Below are positions 35,447-47,619 of a DNA stretch of 56,754 nucleotides, piece after piece. The notes beneath the pieces are model-generated. The model was not told the DNA's origin, searched no databases, and saw only the letters and a program-made list of their open reading frames with translations. The stretch is from the NCBI GenBank assembly GCA_013239625.1, contig MU054391.1, positions 1,428,001-1,484,754 of the forward strand, in the 5' to 3' direction. Position 1 is the stretch's first letter. Every line of letters starts with the position of its first letter. The DNA is from Lama guanicoe (Eukaryota). The position numbers were made by a program, and so were the translations under genes.

Positions 35447-37121
35447 ACCTGGTGAGTGACTGCCCCCGTGGGGGCTTCACTTGCCCCCAAGCCCACCCCA
35501 CCCATCAGCAGGGTTGCATCATTCCTCGGCCTGGCCCCCTTCTCTGGGCGGTGGGTTCTCCTGATCATCATCCCAAACATCCCCCGCGTGCGGCCGGGGA
35601 CCACCGTGCTGACCACGGGTCCGGGTAGAAACGCTGGGTCCTACCTGGCGACCCGCTGGCTTGGACAGCTTGGGCACACAGATGTCTGAGTCTGTCCTGA
35701 CCCGGGCCTCCTGACGGCCACACTCTTTCAAAGCCACGTGCCCTGCAGCTCCTGGACAACAAGGCTATTTTCAGTAGAAAACCCAGCATTCTGTGCACGT
35801 GTCACCAGGTCCTCCAAGGAGATACAGGCAGAGCTGAAGCATGATATTACTTCCTATTCTGCTTTTTCAAATGCCTTCTAATTAAAGGATTTCATTTTAC
35901 TCTGAAAAGTCCTTCTTCTTTTATGAAAAATGTGCACGCAAAATGCACAATTGTATAAACATAATCCTGTTCATTAAAGAAAAAAAATTCCTCCAACAAA
36001 AGCTCATTCCCTTTCAAGGGCTGTTTTTCTTAACCTTCATGGTGAATAAACATCATTTTTCACCCCAAGGAATCTCATTCCCATAGCAATTCTGTAACAA
36101 ATTGAGAAGTTGCGGGAGATAACTTGGCTGGGCCACTGAGAAGATACCCATGCGGCCCTTGGGCCCCAGGGAAGGGAGACCATGGTCCTCTGCACCTCAG
36201 GGCACAGGCTCTCCAGCCCTGCTCGGGGGTCTCCCTCATCTCCCTGGCCCTCACCACGGTGAGCCCCCATCCCACCCCTCTGTGGGCTGACTCTCGGTGA
36301 CCACCTGGCCCAGGTGGAAGGAAGGCCAGACTCCCTGGGGAGAGAGAGCCCCTTCCCCGTGGCTTGGCTAATTCTGCACACACTCACCACCCTCCTAAGA
36401 AGAGGCAGAAACTGATGCAAAAAGAGAAACGACACAGCTTCTGCTTTGGAGGGGCTCACATATAGAAGGAATTGGGGGGGCCCAGCCCCCTGAGACCCTC
36501 TCCCCTCCACGTAGCACACAGGCGCCTTGCTCCCTCTGGTCCACAGGATGAGCTGAAGCCAGAAGTGGCTGAGAGTCACCTGCGTTGGGCACCTCTCTCT
36601 CTGAATCCGCACAAGGTCCTGGGACAGCAGATGCCGGCATCCGGCTGGCCCAGGTGGTCTCAGCGCTGAGGGTGCAGACACACCGGCCAAAGTCAGGACT
36701 CTCCCATCCCTGTGGCCCCACCTGCCAGCTGAAGTTGGAAGGTGACCCCTGGGATTTACCTCTTGAGGAACTGGGCACCTGCTCGGGTGGGACGGGACAA
36801 GGGCCCACTTTCTCCCTGCCTCCTCCGGAGGGGCCTCCAGGGGCTTCCCAGGAAGACCTAGAACATGACGGCGTGACACAAGTCAAACGTCGGTGAGAAG
36901 CATCGTGACCAGGACAGGCTGGCCACATGAGTCTCCCATTCCCAGAGACCCCACAGAATAGCCATGAAGGAGCTAAACAGGGATGAACAGGCAAGAGCAG
37001 GGCAAGTGGGATCTCGACGGTAAAGGCGTGCAAGCCCGTCGGCGGATCACGAGGAAACAGCGCGGATGGAGGAGGGGCCGTGGCTCGTCAATGCCGTACA
37101 TGGCTGCTCCTGCAGAGGGGG

Positions 37122-37423
37122 CCAGGACAGGCACCAGGACCAGGACCAGGACAGGGACAGGGACCAGGACAAAGACCAGGACCAGGAAAGGGACAGGGAG
37201 AGCGACAGAGACCAGGATGGAGACAGGGACCAGAACAGGGACACAGACCAGGACATGGACCAGGACAGGAACAGGGACCAGGACCGGGACAGGGACCAGG
37301 ACCAGGACAGGGACCAGGACAAGGACGGGGACCAGGACCGGGACAGGGACCGGGACAGGGACCAGGACAGGGACCAGGACCAGGACCAGGACAGGTTCAG
37401 GGACCGGGACAGGGACCAGGACA
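37122..37423. repeat. Hexamer tandem repeat (CCAGGA/CAGGGA/CCGGGA), about 50 units
   Basis: Seen directly; plus strand almost devoid of T. Confidence 0.97.
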
Positions 37424-37979
37424 AGAGCCACAGGAAGGTCAGGCCTCGGGGGCAGGTCCCATCAGGGAGCTAGACTGGGGGCCACAGGGATGAGGAGCGA
37501 AATCAGAAACAGGGTGGGGGGAGTTGAGACCCAGAGATAGAGCAGGTGGATGGCCACACTCACAGCCATGTAACGCCTCTCTCCCGACCACCCCCCAGGA
37601 GCAAGACACTGGAGGCTCCCTCACCAGAGAAATTTAACAGCACAGGGCCTGGGCTGGGGGCACCGGGGACAGTTAAAAGTGGGGTGAGGCAAGTGTGATT
37701 AAAAAAGAAAAAGGATGAATTAAAACTTCATGGGGAAAGTGTGGACCCCCGGCTGCTTCCCCACATCCATCTGTGCCCCTCCCCGCCCCCTGCCCCACCC
37801 CAGCAGAAAAGCTGTAGCAGCAGGGTTAAGCCCCGACAGGAGTCTGCTGGGCATCACTGAGCAAGGGAAGGGCCCCCGGCGCTGACATCTGTCACTGCCC
37901 CGCCTTCCGATGCGGAAATCAGCTGGCTGACAAACTCCTGCCACACGCACAGCTTCCAACCCACTTAGCTCTTCACAGT

Positions 37980-38800
37980 TAAACGTGGACAGACAACTGA
38001 AGAGGAAACAGAGACGAGAAACAAAGGAGGACAGGGATCTGGAGGAAATAGTAAAAGAAATGGGGAAAAATTATGTGTAAGAAATACGCTCAGACCAGAG
38101 AGCTATTGAATTGTTTAAAATTAAAAAAAAAAAAAGGAACTAGGCATATGAGAGAATAAGAAAAAGAGAGAGCTCTTTAAAATTAAAATTGTGATAGGTG
38201 AAATTAAAAATTCAAAGGATGGATGTAGGGTACAGCTCAGTGGGAGAGGTCCTGCGTTCAGTTCCCAGTACCTCCGTTAAAAACAAATGAACAAAAATTT
38301 TTTGAAAAAACTCAAAGTAAAAATTGGAAAATAAAGTAAAAGAAATCTGCTAGAAATGAAAAAGAACAAAGAAAACAAAGATTTCACAGATCAACACAGG
38401 ATGTCCAACATCCAACTATGAAAAACATCAGAAACAGTATGGATGGAAGGAGACGCGACCAAAGAAATAACACAAGAAATGTTCCCTGCACCGAAAGGCC
38501 CACTGTGCGCCCAGCGGCTGAGGGGGACACACACCACACTGCATGAAATTTTAAAGACTGAAATAAATGAAAGATCTTAAACGCTTCCAGAAAGGAAAGC
38601 AGGCCACATACCAAGAACGGGGGCGGGCAGACGTCTGGAAGTGATTGAACAGCACCAGTTCTAGAAACAATGCAATGCTGCCTCTGATGTTGTGACTTCT
38701 CCAACCAGCAAAATTACCACGTCTTGTGGAATGAAGACATTTCCAGACACGTAAGGACTGAAAAATAGAGAGCCTCACTATGAAAAAGCAGGCAAGCAAA
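37980..38800 (+). mobile_element. Old LINE-1 ORF1 remnant
   Basis: A-rich 'aaaattggaaaataaagtaaaagaaatc..caggatgtccaacatccaacta..aaagaaataacacaagaaatgttccc..tgaaattttaaagac..aaagatcttaaacgcttccaga'. Confidence 0.75.
38221..38310 (+). mobile_element. Internally deleted Vic-1-type SINE inside L1 ORF1
   Basis: gggtacagctcagtgggagaggtcctgcgttcagttcccagtacctcc; flanked by aaaaattcaaag / aaaaactcaaag (TSD). Confidence 0.8.
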
Positions 38801-39129
38801 AGAACAAAGACACAGGGCGCAGAGGACAGGAAACGCCGCCTGGGACAAGGCGCCGGAGCCCCAGGATGGTGCAGCGTCAGTCAGCCACGTCCACACAGTG
38901 GGTTGCACATGGTCACTCGAAAGCAAGGTTATCCTCCAAGGATAATCACTGTGAGCCCGGCCACAGTTACAGCTGCCTTTGTAACTCACCCTCTGTGAAA
39001 CCCTTCTTCCAAGTTTGACTCCTCCCCAAAAACTGCCTGGTCTGTTCACTTTTCATGTAATTATTTTATTAATCTTGTCCAGAAATTTTACTTAATTTCA
39101 GGAGAGTTTATTGGTTAGGGTCTTCCTCC

Positions 39130-41330
39130 ACCAACAAGGAACCCAGTGTTGAGCCAAACTTGCATTCCAGACAGACTCTGCTTAATGATGATGTGACATC
39201 CTGTTTGCATAATACTACATTTGATTTGAAAACATTTTTGATAAGGATTTTTCACTTATTTTCATGGGAATATAGGTCTGTGCTTTCTTAGATTTTCTTT
39301 AACTGGTATTGATATCAGATTAACAGTAGCCTCACAAAATGTGCTGGAAAGTTTTCAGCCTGCTTTCTGAAAGAGCTTTCTGAAAGAGCTTGTGTAAGAT
39401 TTTATTTTTCTTAAGCATTTGATATAATCAACTAATAAAACATCAGGTCCAGAGCTTTCCCGGTAGTATTGTCACTGTTTGCATCATGGACTTTGGAGCT
39501 TTGTGATCCAGTGCATGCATGTTTCGGATTGCTATGTCTCCCAGACGCACTGCCCATTCTTCACGCCATATGCTCCCCTCTGTGTCCTGAAGTTAGCTTT
39601 GTCTGATACTAATATAGCTATGACACTTCTCTTCTGGCTTCCTGTCTGCTCACTTTAACTTTTGTCTTATTTTTTTCCATCAATCTAGCTGCATCTTCAA
39701 CTTTAAAGTGCATCTTTCCAAGCAGCACATAATTGGAGATGGCTTTTTTTATTCCACCTGACAATCTTTGCCTTTTAACTAGAAGATTTAGTGCAGTTAA
39801 GTTTAATGTAGTCCCTTGTATGGTTGGTTTAAATGTGTCCCCTCTATTTCTTTGTCCCTGTGCTGCTTCTTCCCTGCCTTCTTTTGTGTGAATCAAATGT
39901 TTTTCAGGATTTAGTGTTACAGCCTTTATTAGCATAGTAACTTCTCTTTTTTTCTTGTAAATTATTTTTAGCTGTTGCTCTAAGCAAAAGACATCCTTAA
40001 ATTATCAAAGTTTATTCAGAGTCACTACTGTAACATTTCACGCTTCTCACTTCACATCTGACATTGTCCATTTCCCATTTCAAATCTCACAGCTTCCCCT
40101 CACTTACAGCAGCACAGTCCCATAAACCTGCCCCTCTCCTCCCACCCTTTTATGTCTTTTACTTCTATGCGCTCTGTGAACTCCACCTTAAAATGTGATG
40201 ATTTTTGTTTTTAAATAGTCAGTTGTCTTCGAAGGAAATTTCAAGAAGAGAAAGCTTACATTTACCTACTTATTTTCCAGTCCTCGTGTTCTTACTTCTG
40301 TAAATGCCTGTAAATTCACATTTTCATTCTCTTCAATCTAAGAAATCTCCTTCTACAGTTTCTGTAGTGCAGGTCTGCTGGTGACAAATTCCCTCTGTTT
40401 TGTGGCTCTCTGTAAATGTCTTTACTTTGCTCACATTTTTGAAAGCTGTTTCACGCTACAGAAGATTCAGGAGAGACGGCTTTTACTTTCCTTTCAGCAC
40501 TTAAAGGTGTTCTTCTGCGGTTGTCTGGGGCTTCTTCATATTAGATGAGAAGATGGTCATCATTTTTATTATTGTCCTCCCCCTACATCTTTTTGTTTGT
40601 TTTTTGTTTTTCAGGCAGCCTTTGAGATTTTTCTCTTTATCTCTGGTTTTCAGCAATTTGACTGTGACGTGCTTTGCTGAGGTTTTTCTCTGTATTTATC
40701 CTGCTTCGGGTTAGATGAGCTTTCTGAATCTCTAATGTGAAGTTTTTCACCAAACTTGGGTTTTTCAGCTATTATTTCTTCAAATGTTTTTTCTGCAATG
40801 TTTTCACTCTATTCTCTTTCTGAGACTCTTACTGCATGTGAGACTGTTCATTTTCCAATTGCTTTCGCCCTCATCTTCAAACTGGATAAATTCCAGTGAT
40901 TTATCTTCAAGGTTACAGACTTCTTCTCTCTTCTATTTGATGTGAACCCTACATGTTACACTCTCCCTGCCAGTTGTTATACTCCTCGGTTCTAGAAAGT
41001 TTCCATTCAGTTTTTCTCTAACCTCACTTCTCTGCTGAGATTCCCTGAGATCAAATTTTTCTTCAATTCTTTAAACATATTTTCCTCTGAATTTTAAAAC
41101 ATACTTATAATAACTGCTTTATCAGATAAATCCAACATTTGGCTATCTTGAATCTCCTTCTTTTAGCTGGTTTTGCCCTTGGCTAGGGACCACATTTCCC
41201 TGCTCCCTGGGGCCATTATGGAGATACATTTTATAGACTCTGTGTTCTGTTATCTTCTTCTGAAGAGTGTATTTATTTTGTTAGGCAGCTCAACTACTGG
41301 ATAATCACCTTGAACTTGTGCAGCCCTGTT
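39130..41330 (-). mobile_element. Decayed LINE-1, antisense: ORF2 RT and endonuclease pieces and ORF1
   Basis: Minus ORF 39618-39935 TTLNLTALNLLVKRQRLSGGIKK..KMHFKVEDAARL matches the L1 EN N-terminus ITLNVNGLN..KRQRLSDWIKK..ETHFK; T-rich antisense ORF1 at 40350-41300. Confidence 0.88.
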
Positions 41331-42081
41331 TATGTTGTTTTTGTCTTTGTTTTCATTTTTATTTTTGCCCAACCTCTAACTTAACCTTTGTGGGTAGTAC
41401 TCAACCTCCAAACACCGTGCCCTGCAAACCTCTTCGGAGCTTTCAGGGAAGCTGTAGACTGGCCCCAGCTCTAGGGAACAGTTCCCACGCCTTCGTCCTG
41501 TCAGAGGCACGCCAGGGTGTTTACAAGGTGCCGACAGTGTCCATTCTGGGCCCAAAGGTCGCCTAGCGCAGCTTGCCCTCTGGTACCTCCGCTCTGCTCT
41601 CAGCCCACAGCGCCTGCACCCTGGCTGGCCCCATGCAGTCATTGGGGGGGCAGGCCCAGCACAGGCCCAGCGCAGGCCCCTCCCAGGCTCTCCTGGAGCA
41701 TGCACACATGGACCCCGGGCTCCCCTCTGCATGGCCCTCTCCTCCCCAGTCCCCTGCCCTGCTGACTCCAAGTGCGTCAGCTTCCCCAGGTTCTGAGCTC
41801 TGCCTCCTCAGCCTAGTGGGATCACTGTGCCCCTTTGGACTCTGGTGTTCTTGCCAAATGGGAAGTTTCAACCAGGCCGAGGGCCAGGCCAGTGACATCA
41901 CCACACACCACAGCTCGGCAGGGAAGCTTCTCGCAGGAACCGGAGGAGAGATAAAGCGCCGTCTACACGCAAGCCCTCGCTGGTCTAGCTGCATCTAAGG
42001 AGACCTTTCAAGGCTCCTGGGGCAGCAGATTCCAACCTACAGAGGTCGGGGGACCTCGGAGTTACCCAAGGGCCCACTCAC

Positions 42082-42180
42082 CCGTGTGACTCCAGGAAAC
42101 GGCCGCACACTGAAGGGCAGACTGTCTTCACATGCGCGTGGAGGCGGCTGTGTTTTATAAAACACGATTCCATTCTAAAC
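42082..42180 (-). other. Candidate 99-nt exon just downstream of the CpG island
   Basis: Acceptor cctgtgctttcag|G and donor CGG|gtgagt; an upstream donor CAGG|gtaagg at 42381/42382 defines a 201-nt intron. Confidence 0.4.
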
Positions 42181-42299
42181 CTGAAAGCACAGGCTTGGTT
42201 GCTTTATTTATGCTTTTTTCTCAATCAGCAAGTGTTTAAAGGTGACCGGCAGAATCCTGGGGAGGGGGCTCACTTCTTAAGGTGACACAGGGGGTCCAC

Positions 42300-43900
42300 T
42301 GTGCAGAACGCCAGGAGGCGTTGTCGGTCAGCAGGCAGCCGGCTCCTCGGGCCACCCCCCCGCCCGACGCTGCTGCCTTACCCTGTTCGGTCCACACTGG
42401 ACCCGGCCGCCGCCCTGAGCACGAGACCACACCCCCTGAGGAGGCCGGGTGCAGCTTCCGAGCCGCTCGCCGAAGCAGGAGTCGGGCGCCTTTACTGGCA
42501 GGTGCGCTGAGGGTCAGCGCAGCCATCTCCCCGGGGAAATTAAGGACCCTCTTCAGAATGTCTGGCCACGGAGCAGCCGTCCCGCGTCCCTCAGAGGTGA
42601 CCCAAACAAGCAACGAGTCTGAGAACCCTGGCTGCCCATTCCCGCTGGCACACGTGCCTCGTCCAAATCGGCACATCCGACAGGCAGCAGGGGCTGGAAG
42701 CGTCGACAGAGCAAGGAAAGGAAAACGAAAGCCCTTCTCCTGCAGTGGCGGGACGCCCACGTTCCCCGTGGCCACGCCGTCCCCCGCTCTGCACCCCCCG
42801 AGGGCCAGGGCGAGGGCGGGCACAGAGGCGCCGCGAGGGGGCAGCCGGGGGACCCGAGGGACCCAGGCGACGGAGGGCTGGAACTTGAGAGAGTCCTCCG
42901 CCTGTTTAAACGCGTCTTGCTTTAAGGAAAGAAGGAGGGGAAAGAAAAAGGCCAGAACACAAACAGAGAATGAAACGAGGGAGGGGAGGACCGAGGACAA
43001 AGGAAGAGCAGGGGGAGGCCAGGGAAGCAGAGGGCGAGGGGCGGGGAGACCCCGCCCGCCCAGCGCCGTCCAGGGGCCGCGGGCCGCGCCATCGGCCTGC
43101 TCTGCCCACCCAGGGGGGCGCACCAGCCCCGCGCTGCGCGGGCCCCCACGACTGTCCAGAGAAGCCTCCGCCCGGTGAGCCCCCGCCAGACCACGAGGGG
43201 TCCGGAGGGCGGACACCACGGAGCCGGCGATTCCCACCTCGGCCCCACCGGCCTCCGCGTCCCCGCTGCGCGGGGTCTCTGCACCCTCCCGGGCCCCTCG
43301 GCCCCGCAGCACCTCCGCGGCCGCGGCGTCAGGACGCCGGCCTCGGTACCAGTCACAGGCACTGTGTTTGCATCTGTGCTCTCGGGAGCCTCCCGGGGTA
43401 CGTTTCGCGTTTCCTACTCCTGTGAAAACGGGTTTCCGTGCAGTGTTCATGACGTCTCGCTTCCCAGACATCCAGCGCGGGGGCGGCTGGGGGCGGACGT
43501 CCGGCCTTGCTGGACCTCAGCGTGGTCTTCAGCAGCCCGCGCCCGCCGCCTCTCGCTGGGTCAGAGCCGCGGGCTCATCCCGGCTCGGCGGGAGGCAGCG
43601 GCGGCCGCGCCGCGGAAAGGCCGCGCTCTGCCCGCAGGCGCCGGCGAGCGCCCCCTCCCGGCCGGGCCGCGGCCCGCTGCTGCTCCTGAAACCTCGGGTT
43701 CTGTCCCAAGCGCCAGCCCGCGGCGCCTCCTGCCGCCCCTCCCAGAGGGCCCTTCCCTGGCGGCTCGGCGGATGCTGTCGCCCACCTCCAATGGGTCGCA
43801 CTCCCAGAGGTGCAGCACGTCCTTCTCTGCGTGTCCTGCGGCCGTGCGGCCTCCTGGCCGTGGCCCGGCTGCGTGTCTCTTACCCAGCGCACCAGGCAGG
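42300..43900. promoter_or_regulatory. CpG island, putative promoter
   Basis: Very dense CpG/GC at 43000-43780; GC boxes GGGGCGGGG at 43038-43046 and GGGGCGG twice at 43479-43496; TGACGTC (CRE-like) at 43450-43456. Confidence 0.75.
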
Positions 43901-44454
43901 CAGGGGGCTCACGCCTCTCCCCTGGGCTCAGAGTCCAGCCCCTTCACACCCACACCAGCACGAACACTCGCCTCCTCTCTGTCCATCCTGCAGGCCCGTC
44001 TCCAGGCCCCCAAGACACTGGCCACCCCTTCCCTAATGACTTGTGACAGACCTGGGCTCCCAGGGGTCAGCAGAGCCCTGCACGGCCCCTGCCTTCCCTC
44101 CCACCCCCATCCTGTGTGGTCACATGTTACCTCCAGACCCCAGAGCGTCATACCTGTTGCTCCCCTGCCCTGAGTATTGACCCCCCCCCCAGAACTCCTT
44201 TTCCTTCAAGACAGCCCAGCTTCTACCAGCCACTGCCCTCTGACATGCTGTCCTCCACACCCAGCTGGGAGTGTGTTCATGTGCGTGTGCGTGCACAGAC
44301 GTGTGAGTGTCCTCGGGTCCACTCACTCCATGACGGACTTTGTATCGACCCTGTGCTTGGTGCCTGGGGCCACAGGGACCGTTTCTCAGCAGACAGGCAA
44401 AGAGCCGGGTGTGGGTCAGCCTGGGAGCCGCTTCACTGGCTCCCCCACCTGGTC

Positions 44455-45140
44455 TCAAATGACAAGTGTTGGCGAGGGCGTGGGGAAAGGGGACCCTGGT
44501 GTGCTGTCCGTGGGAATGTAACTGTTGCAGTTGCTGCGGAAAACAGTATGGAAGCCTCTGAAAAAATTAAGAAAATAACTACCATGTGATCCAGCAATTC
44601 TGGGTATTTTTTCCAAAGAAAACAAACATAATAATTTGGAAAGATGCGTGCAACCCTATGTTCATGCAGCACGATTTACAACAGCCAAGACAGGGAGACA
44701 ATCTTGGTGCCTATCAATGGATGAATGAAGAAGGAAGATGTGGTGTATATATGTATGGAGTATTACTCAGCCACAAAAAAGAATGAAATCTTGCCATTTA
44801 TAACAACACAGACCTAGGGTGTGTTATGCTAAGTGAACAAGTCAGACAGAGGAGGATAAATACCATATGATTTCACTCACATGTGGAAGATAAAAAACAA
44901 ACACACACAAAAAACAAAATAAATGAACAAACTAAATCAAACAAAAACAAACACAGAGATACAGGGAACAGAGAGGGAGGATGCGGGAAGGAGAAATGAG
45001 TGAACGGTCAGGTGTACAGTGACGGATGGAAACTAAGCTTTTGGTGGTGAGCACACGACGGTGTGTCCAAAGGTAGAAATATAATGAACACATAAAACTT
45101 ACATAATGTAATAAACCAATGTTACCTCAATTTTAAAAAT
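44455..45140 (+). mobile_element. LINE-1 3' end (ORF2 C-terminus plus 3' UTR; L1MA-like)
   Basis: 'gacaagtgttggcgagggcgtggggaaagggga', 'gatccagcaattctgggtat', 'tattactcagccacaaaaaagaatgaaatcttgccattt', ending 'aataaaccaatgttacctcaattttaaaaa'. Confidence 0.92.
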
Positions 45141-45240
45141 CAGTGAATATTAATAATATTCAAGATGCAGATCCCACGTGGCTAAGACCCTTAGTCGCTT
45201 GCTTGGAGGCAAGACCAAAGAATCAGGATTTCTAAGCAGC

Positions 45241-45258
45241 ACTCGCCCCCTGCTGGTC
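45241..45258 (-). promoter_or_regulatory. CTCF consensus motif (CCAGCAGGGGGCGAGT), within a MER5-like relic
   Basis: Near-perfect match to CCASYAGRKGGCR. Confidence 0.55.
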
Positions 45259-45753
45259 CCTGGACCACCTTAGGAGATGCCAAGTCACCACGTTTTCAGG
45301 ATCCGATCACTTCAGAAACACTGCCCTTCCCTCAGGGAGCCAGGCCTTGAGGTGGCCCTACACCGGCGGCGGGGCCAGGATCCTGATCCCAGGGGCCCCC
45401 AGGGTGGGAGAAGGCCGGCAGGACGGGTGGGAGAAGCCCCCAAGCAGACCCTACAGCCTGACAGGAAGAGGCTAGATGAGAATGGGTTTGCCCTTTGGGG
45501 TGCAATAAAGTCCACCCAAAAAAAAAACCAAAAAAAAAACAAACGACGCTTGGATCCCTGAACTGCTCAGGCGGCGGCAGCTCTGAGGCCCTGAGGCTCA
45601 GGATCCTGCGGTTTTCTACAAGGAGCTTCGACACGGCAGAGACCAAGCCCACCCAACCACCCAACCACCCTCTTCATATTGTCATGTGTCCTTAGAGCTG
45701 GGGGGGAAAGGATACTTGGTCCCTGCAGAGCAAGTGCCTTGTTCTGCAGATAG

Positions 45754-45920
45754 GGATGCTGACACCCAGGGAGGATGAAGATACCCAGGGAGGATGCTCA
45801 CACCCAGGGAGGATGCTCACACCCAGGGAGGATGAAGATACCCAGGGAGGATGCTCACACCCAGGGAGGATGCTCACACCCAGGGAGGATGCTGAGACCC
45901 ATGGAGCATGCTGACACCCA
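45754..45920. repeat. 19-bp minisatellite ACCCAGGGAGGATG(CTCAC/AAGAT), about 8.5 copies
   Basis: Units start at 45764, 45783, 45802, 45821, 45840, 45859, 45878; degenerate copy at 45897. Confidence 0.95.
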
Positions 45921-45999
45921 ACATCCTAGAGCAAAGCCCCCCACCCACCAAGACCCACCATGCACACAAAGCTCCTAACAGGTTTCAGTGAGCCATTCA

Positions 46000-46760
46000 C
46001 AAATATGAGTAAGAGCTAAATATCACGAGATATTTGATGGAAACTTCTAAAACAGACAAACTCAGAACAAGCAAACAAAAACTCAACTCAGAAGATAAAA
46101 ACAGAGGGCAAAGCCTACGTCACTGTCACGAGGGCATATATAGAGAAAGCACCTGAGAATCTACGTGAGAGGACGAGACAGATGATGCATGTTCACTGAA
46201 CTTACTGTGGGAATCACTGCATCACATATAAGTCAAAGTATTATGCTCTTCAACCTAAACATACACAGTGCTGTACACCAATTATATCCCAATAAAACCC
46301 TGGGGGGGTGGGAATTGGGATAAAATAGAAGTGGGAATATAAGAAAAATTTCAAAAGAAACAATCATTAATTTGCTCAGAAAGAAAAGGACAGAAAATCA
46401 TTGTGTTAAACAAGACTACTATGCTACGAAAAGAAAAATTCAGAGAAAAAGAAAAAACTTGGAAATTAAAAAGCAGAATGACGAACGTGGAAACCACAAT
46501 AATAAATTTGGATTATAAGGTGGGATAAAACAAAGAAGGTGGAAATGGGAATGAAATTATAGTAACCGTCCAGGAGATCCAACATCAGAAAAAGAAGGCA
46601 TCCAGGAGAGAGACAGAAAGAGCAGAGAGAAGGAAATGGTCAAAGAAACAACGCAAGAAAATTTCCAGGAGCCAAAGGCCATGTGTTTCCAGACGGACAG
46701 CTCTGGTTCAGCCCGGCCCCTGACAGCACCACCTGGTGAAAGGTTCTCAGCAACCAGCTG
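46000..46760 (+). mobile_element. Old LINE-1 ORF1 remnant with a nested short L1 3' end (about 46150-46298)
   Basis: 'ccaggagatccaacatc..caaagaaacaacgcaagaaaatttccagga'; nested 'acagtgctgtacaccaattatatcccaataaaac'. Confidence 0.7.
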
Positions 46761-46799
46761 AAGAGGCGGGTCAGCAGTCACCCCGCCGGGCTCCACCAC

Positions 46800-47010
46800 T
46801 CAGCATCTGTGCAAACTGGGACAGGCCGGGCGCCTCTGCGTCCCAGCGAGCTCCTGCCATCCTACTGCGGTGACTCGTTCAAATTCCCTTGTGTACTGTG
46901 AGCTCCTGAGGGTAAGGACCGTCTCGCCCTGTCAAACAATAGATCCGAAAGCTCTGGGACAGTTCCTGGCACACAGCAGGTGCTCAGCACACACTTGCAG
47001 GATGAATGAG
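46800..47010. mobile_element. MIR/L2 relics
   Basis: 'ctgtgagctcctgagggtaaggaccgtctc..acagttcctggcacacagcaggtgctcag..gatgaatga'. Confidence 0.7.
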
Positions 47011-47619
47011 GGGAAGAGGGGGTAAGTCAACGACTGGTGGGTGGAGGACAGAAGTAGCCACCTGGAAGCCACGTCCTAATCAGCCAGTGAATCGTGACAC
47101 TTCTGTTACTGCTCATTTCACGTCTGCCAAGTGCCGACGACGTGGCAGGCGCGAGGAAAACAAGCACGAACGAGACGCGATCCCGGACAGAGAGGAGCTC
47201 GGGGCTCAGATTTACAGTGAGCAGACGTTAAGTTCAACACCTCCTCGCCCGGTAACGCTTTTCCCTGATGTTTGGGCCTCTGGTGGAGAACTCAGCAGGA
47301 CCGAGCGTCACAAGTCAACGGGCAGAGCAGCACACCCAAGACAGATGCCGCCCATTTCAACGAGCCCAGTGGCCCTGGGGTCACAGGACACTGCTCACCA
47401 GGGCCCGCGCAGGGCGAGCCTGGCCATGCCCGCACCTTCAGAGCACCTGCGGTTCTCATCACCGAAGTCTGATCCAGACACCCCCGCAGGCAGCGGCCTG
47501 CCCAGCTTCGGGACCTGATGCGCTCACCGCTGGAGGAGTCAGCCTCCGTCAGCCTTGACTGATAAGCCTTGAAGAGCTTCCCTTTTCTACCTCATTACCG
47601 TGCAGGCCTACGCTGCCGA

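Noticed and set aside
38930..38946. Hairpin ttatcct-cca-aggataa
   Set aside because: A 7-bp stem is expected by chance in 57 kb
39363..39392. 13-bp tandem duplication gctttctgaaaga
   Set aside because: Trivial slippage inside a decayed L1
42236..43471. 411-aa minus ORF and overlapping 298-aa and 332-aa plus ORFs
   Set aside because: They lie in a CpG island where stop codons are rare; Arg/Gly/Pro/Ala-rich, open on both strands, no recognisable domain
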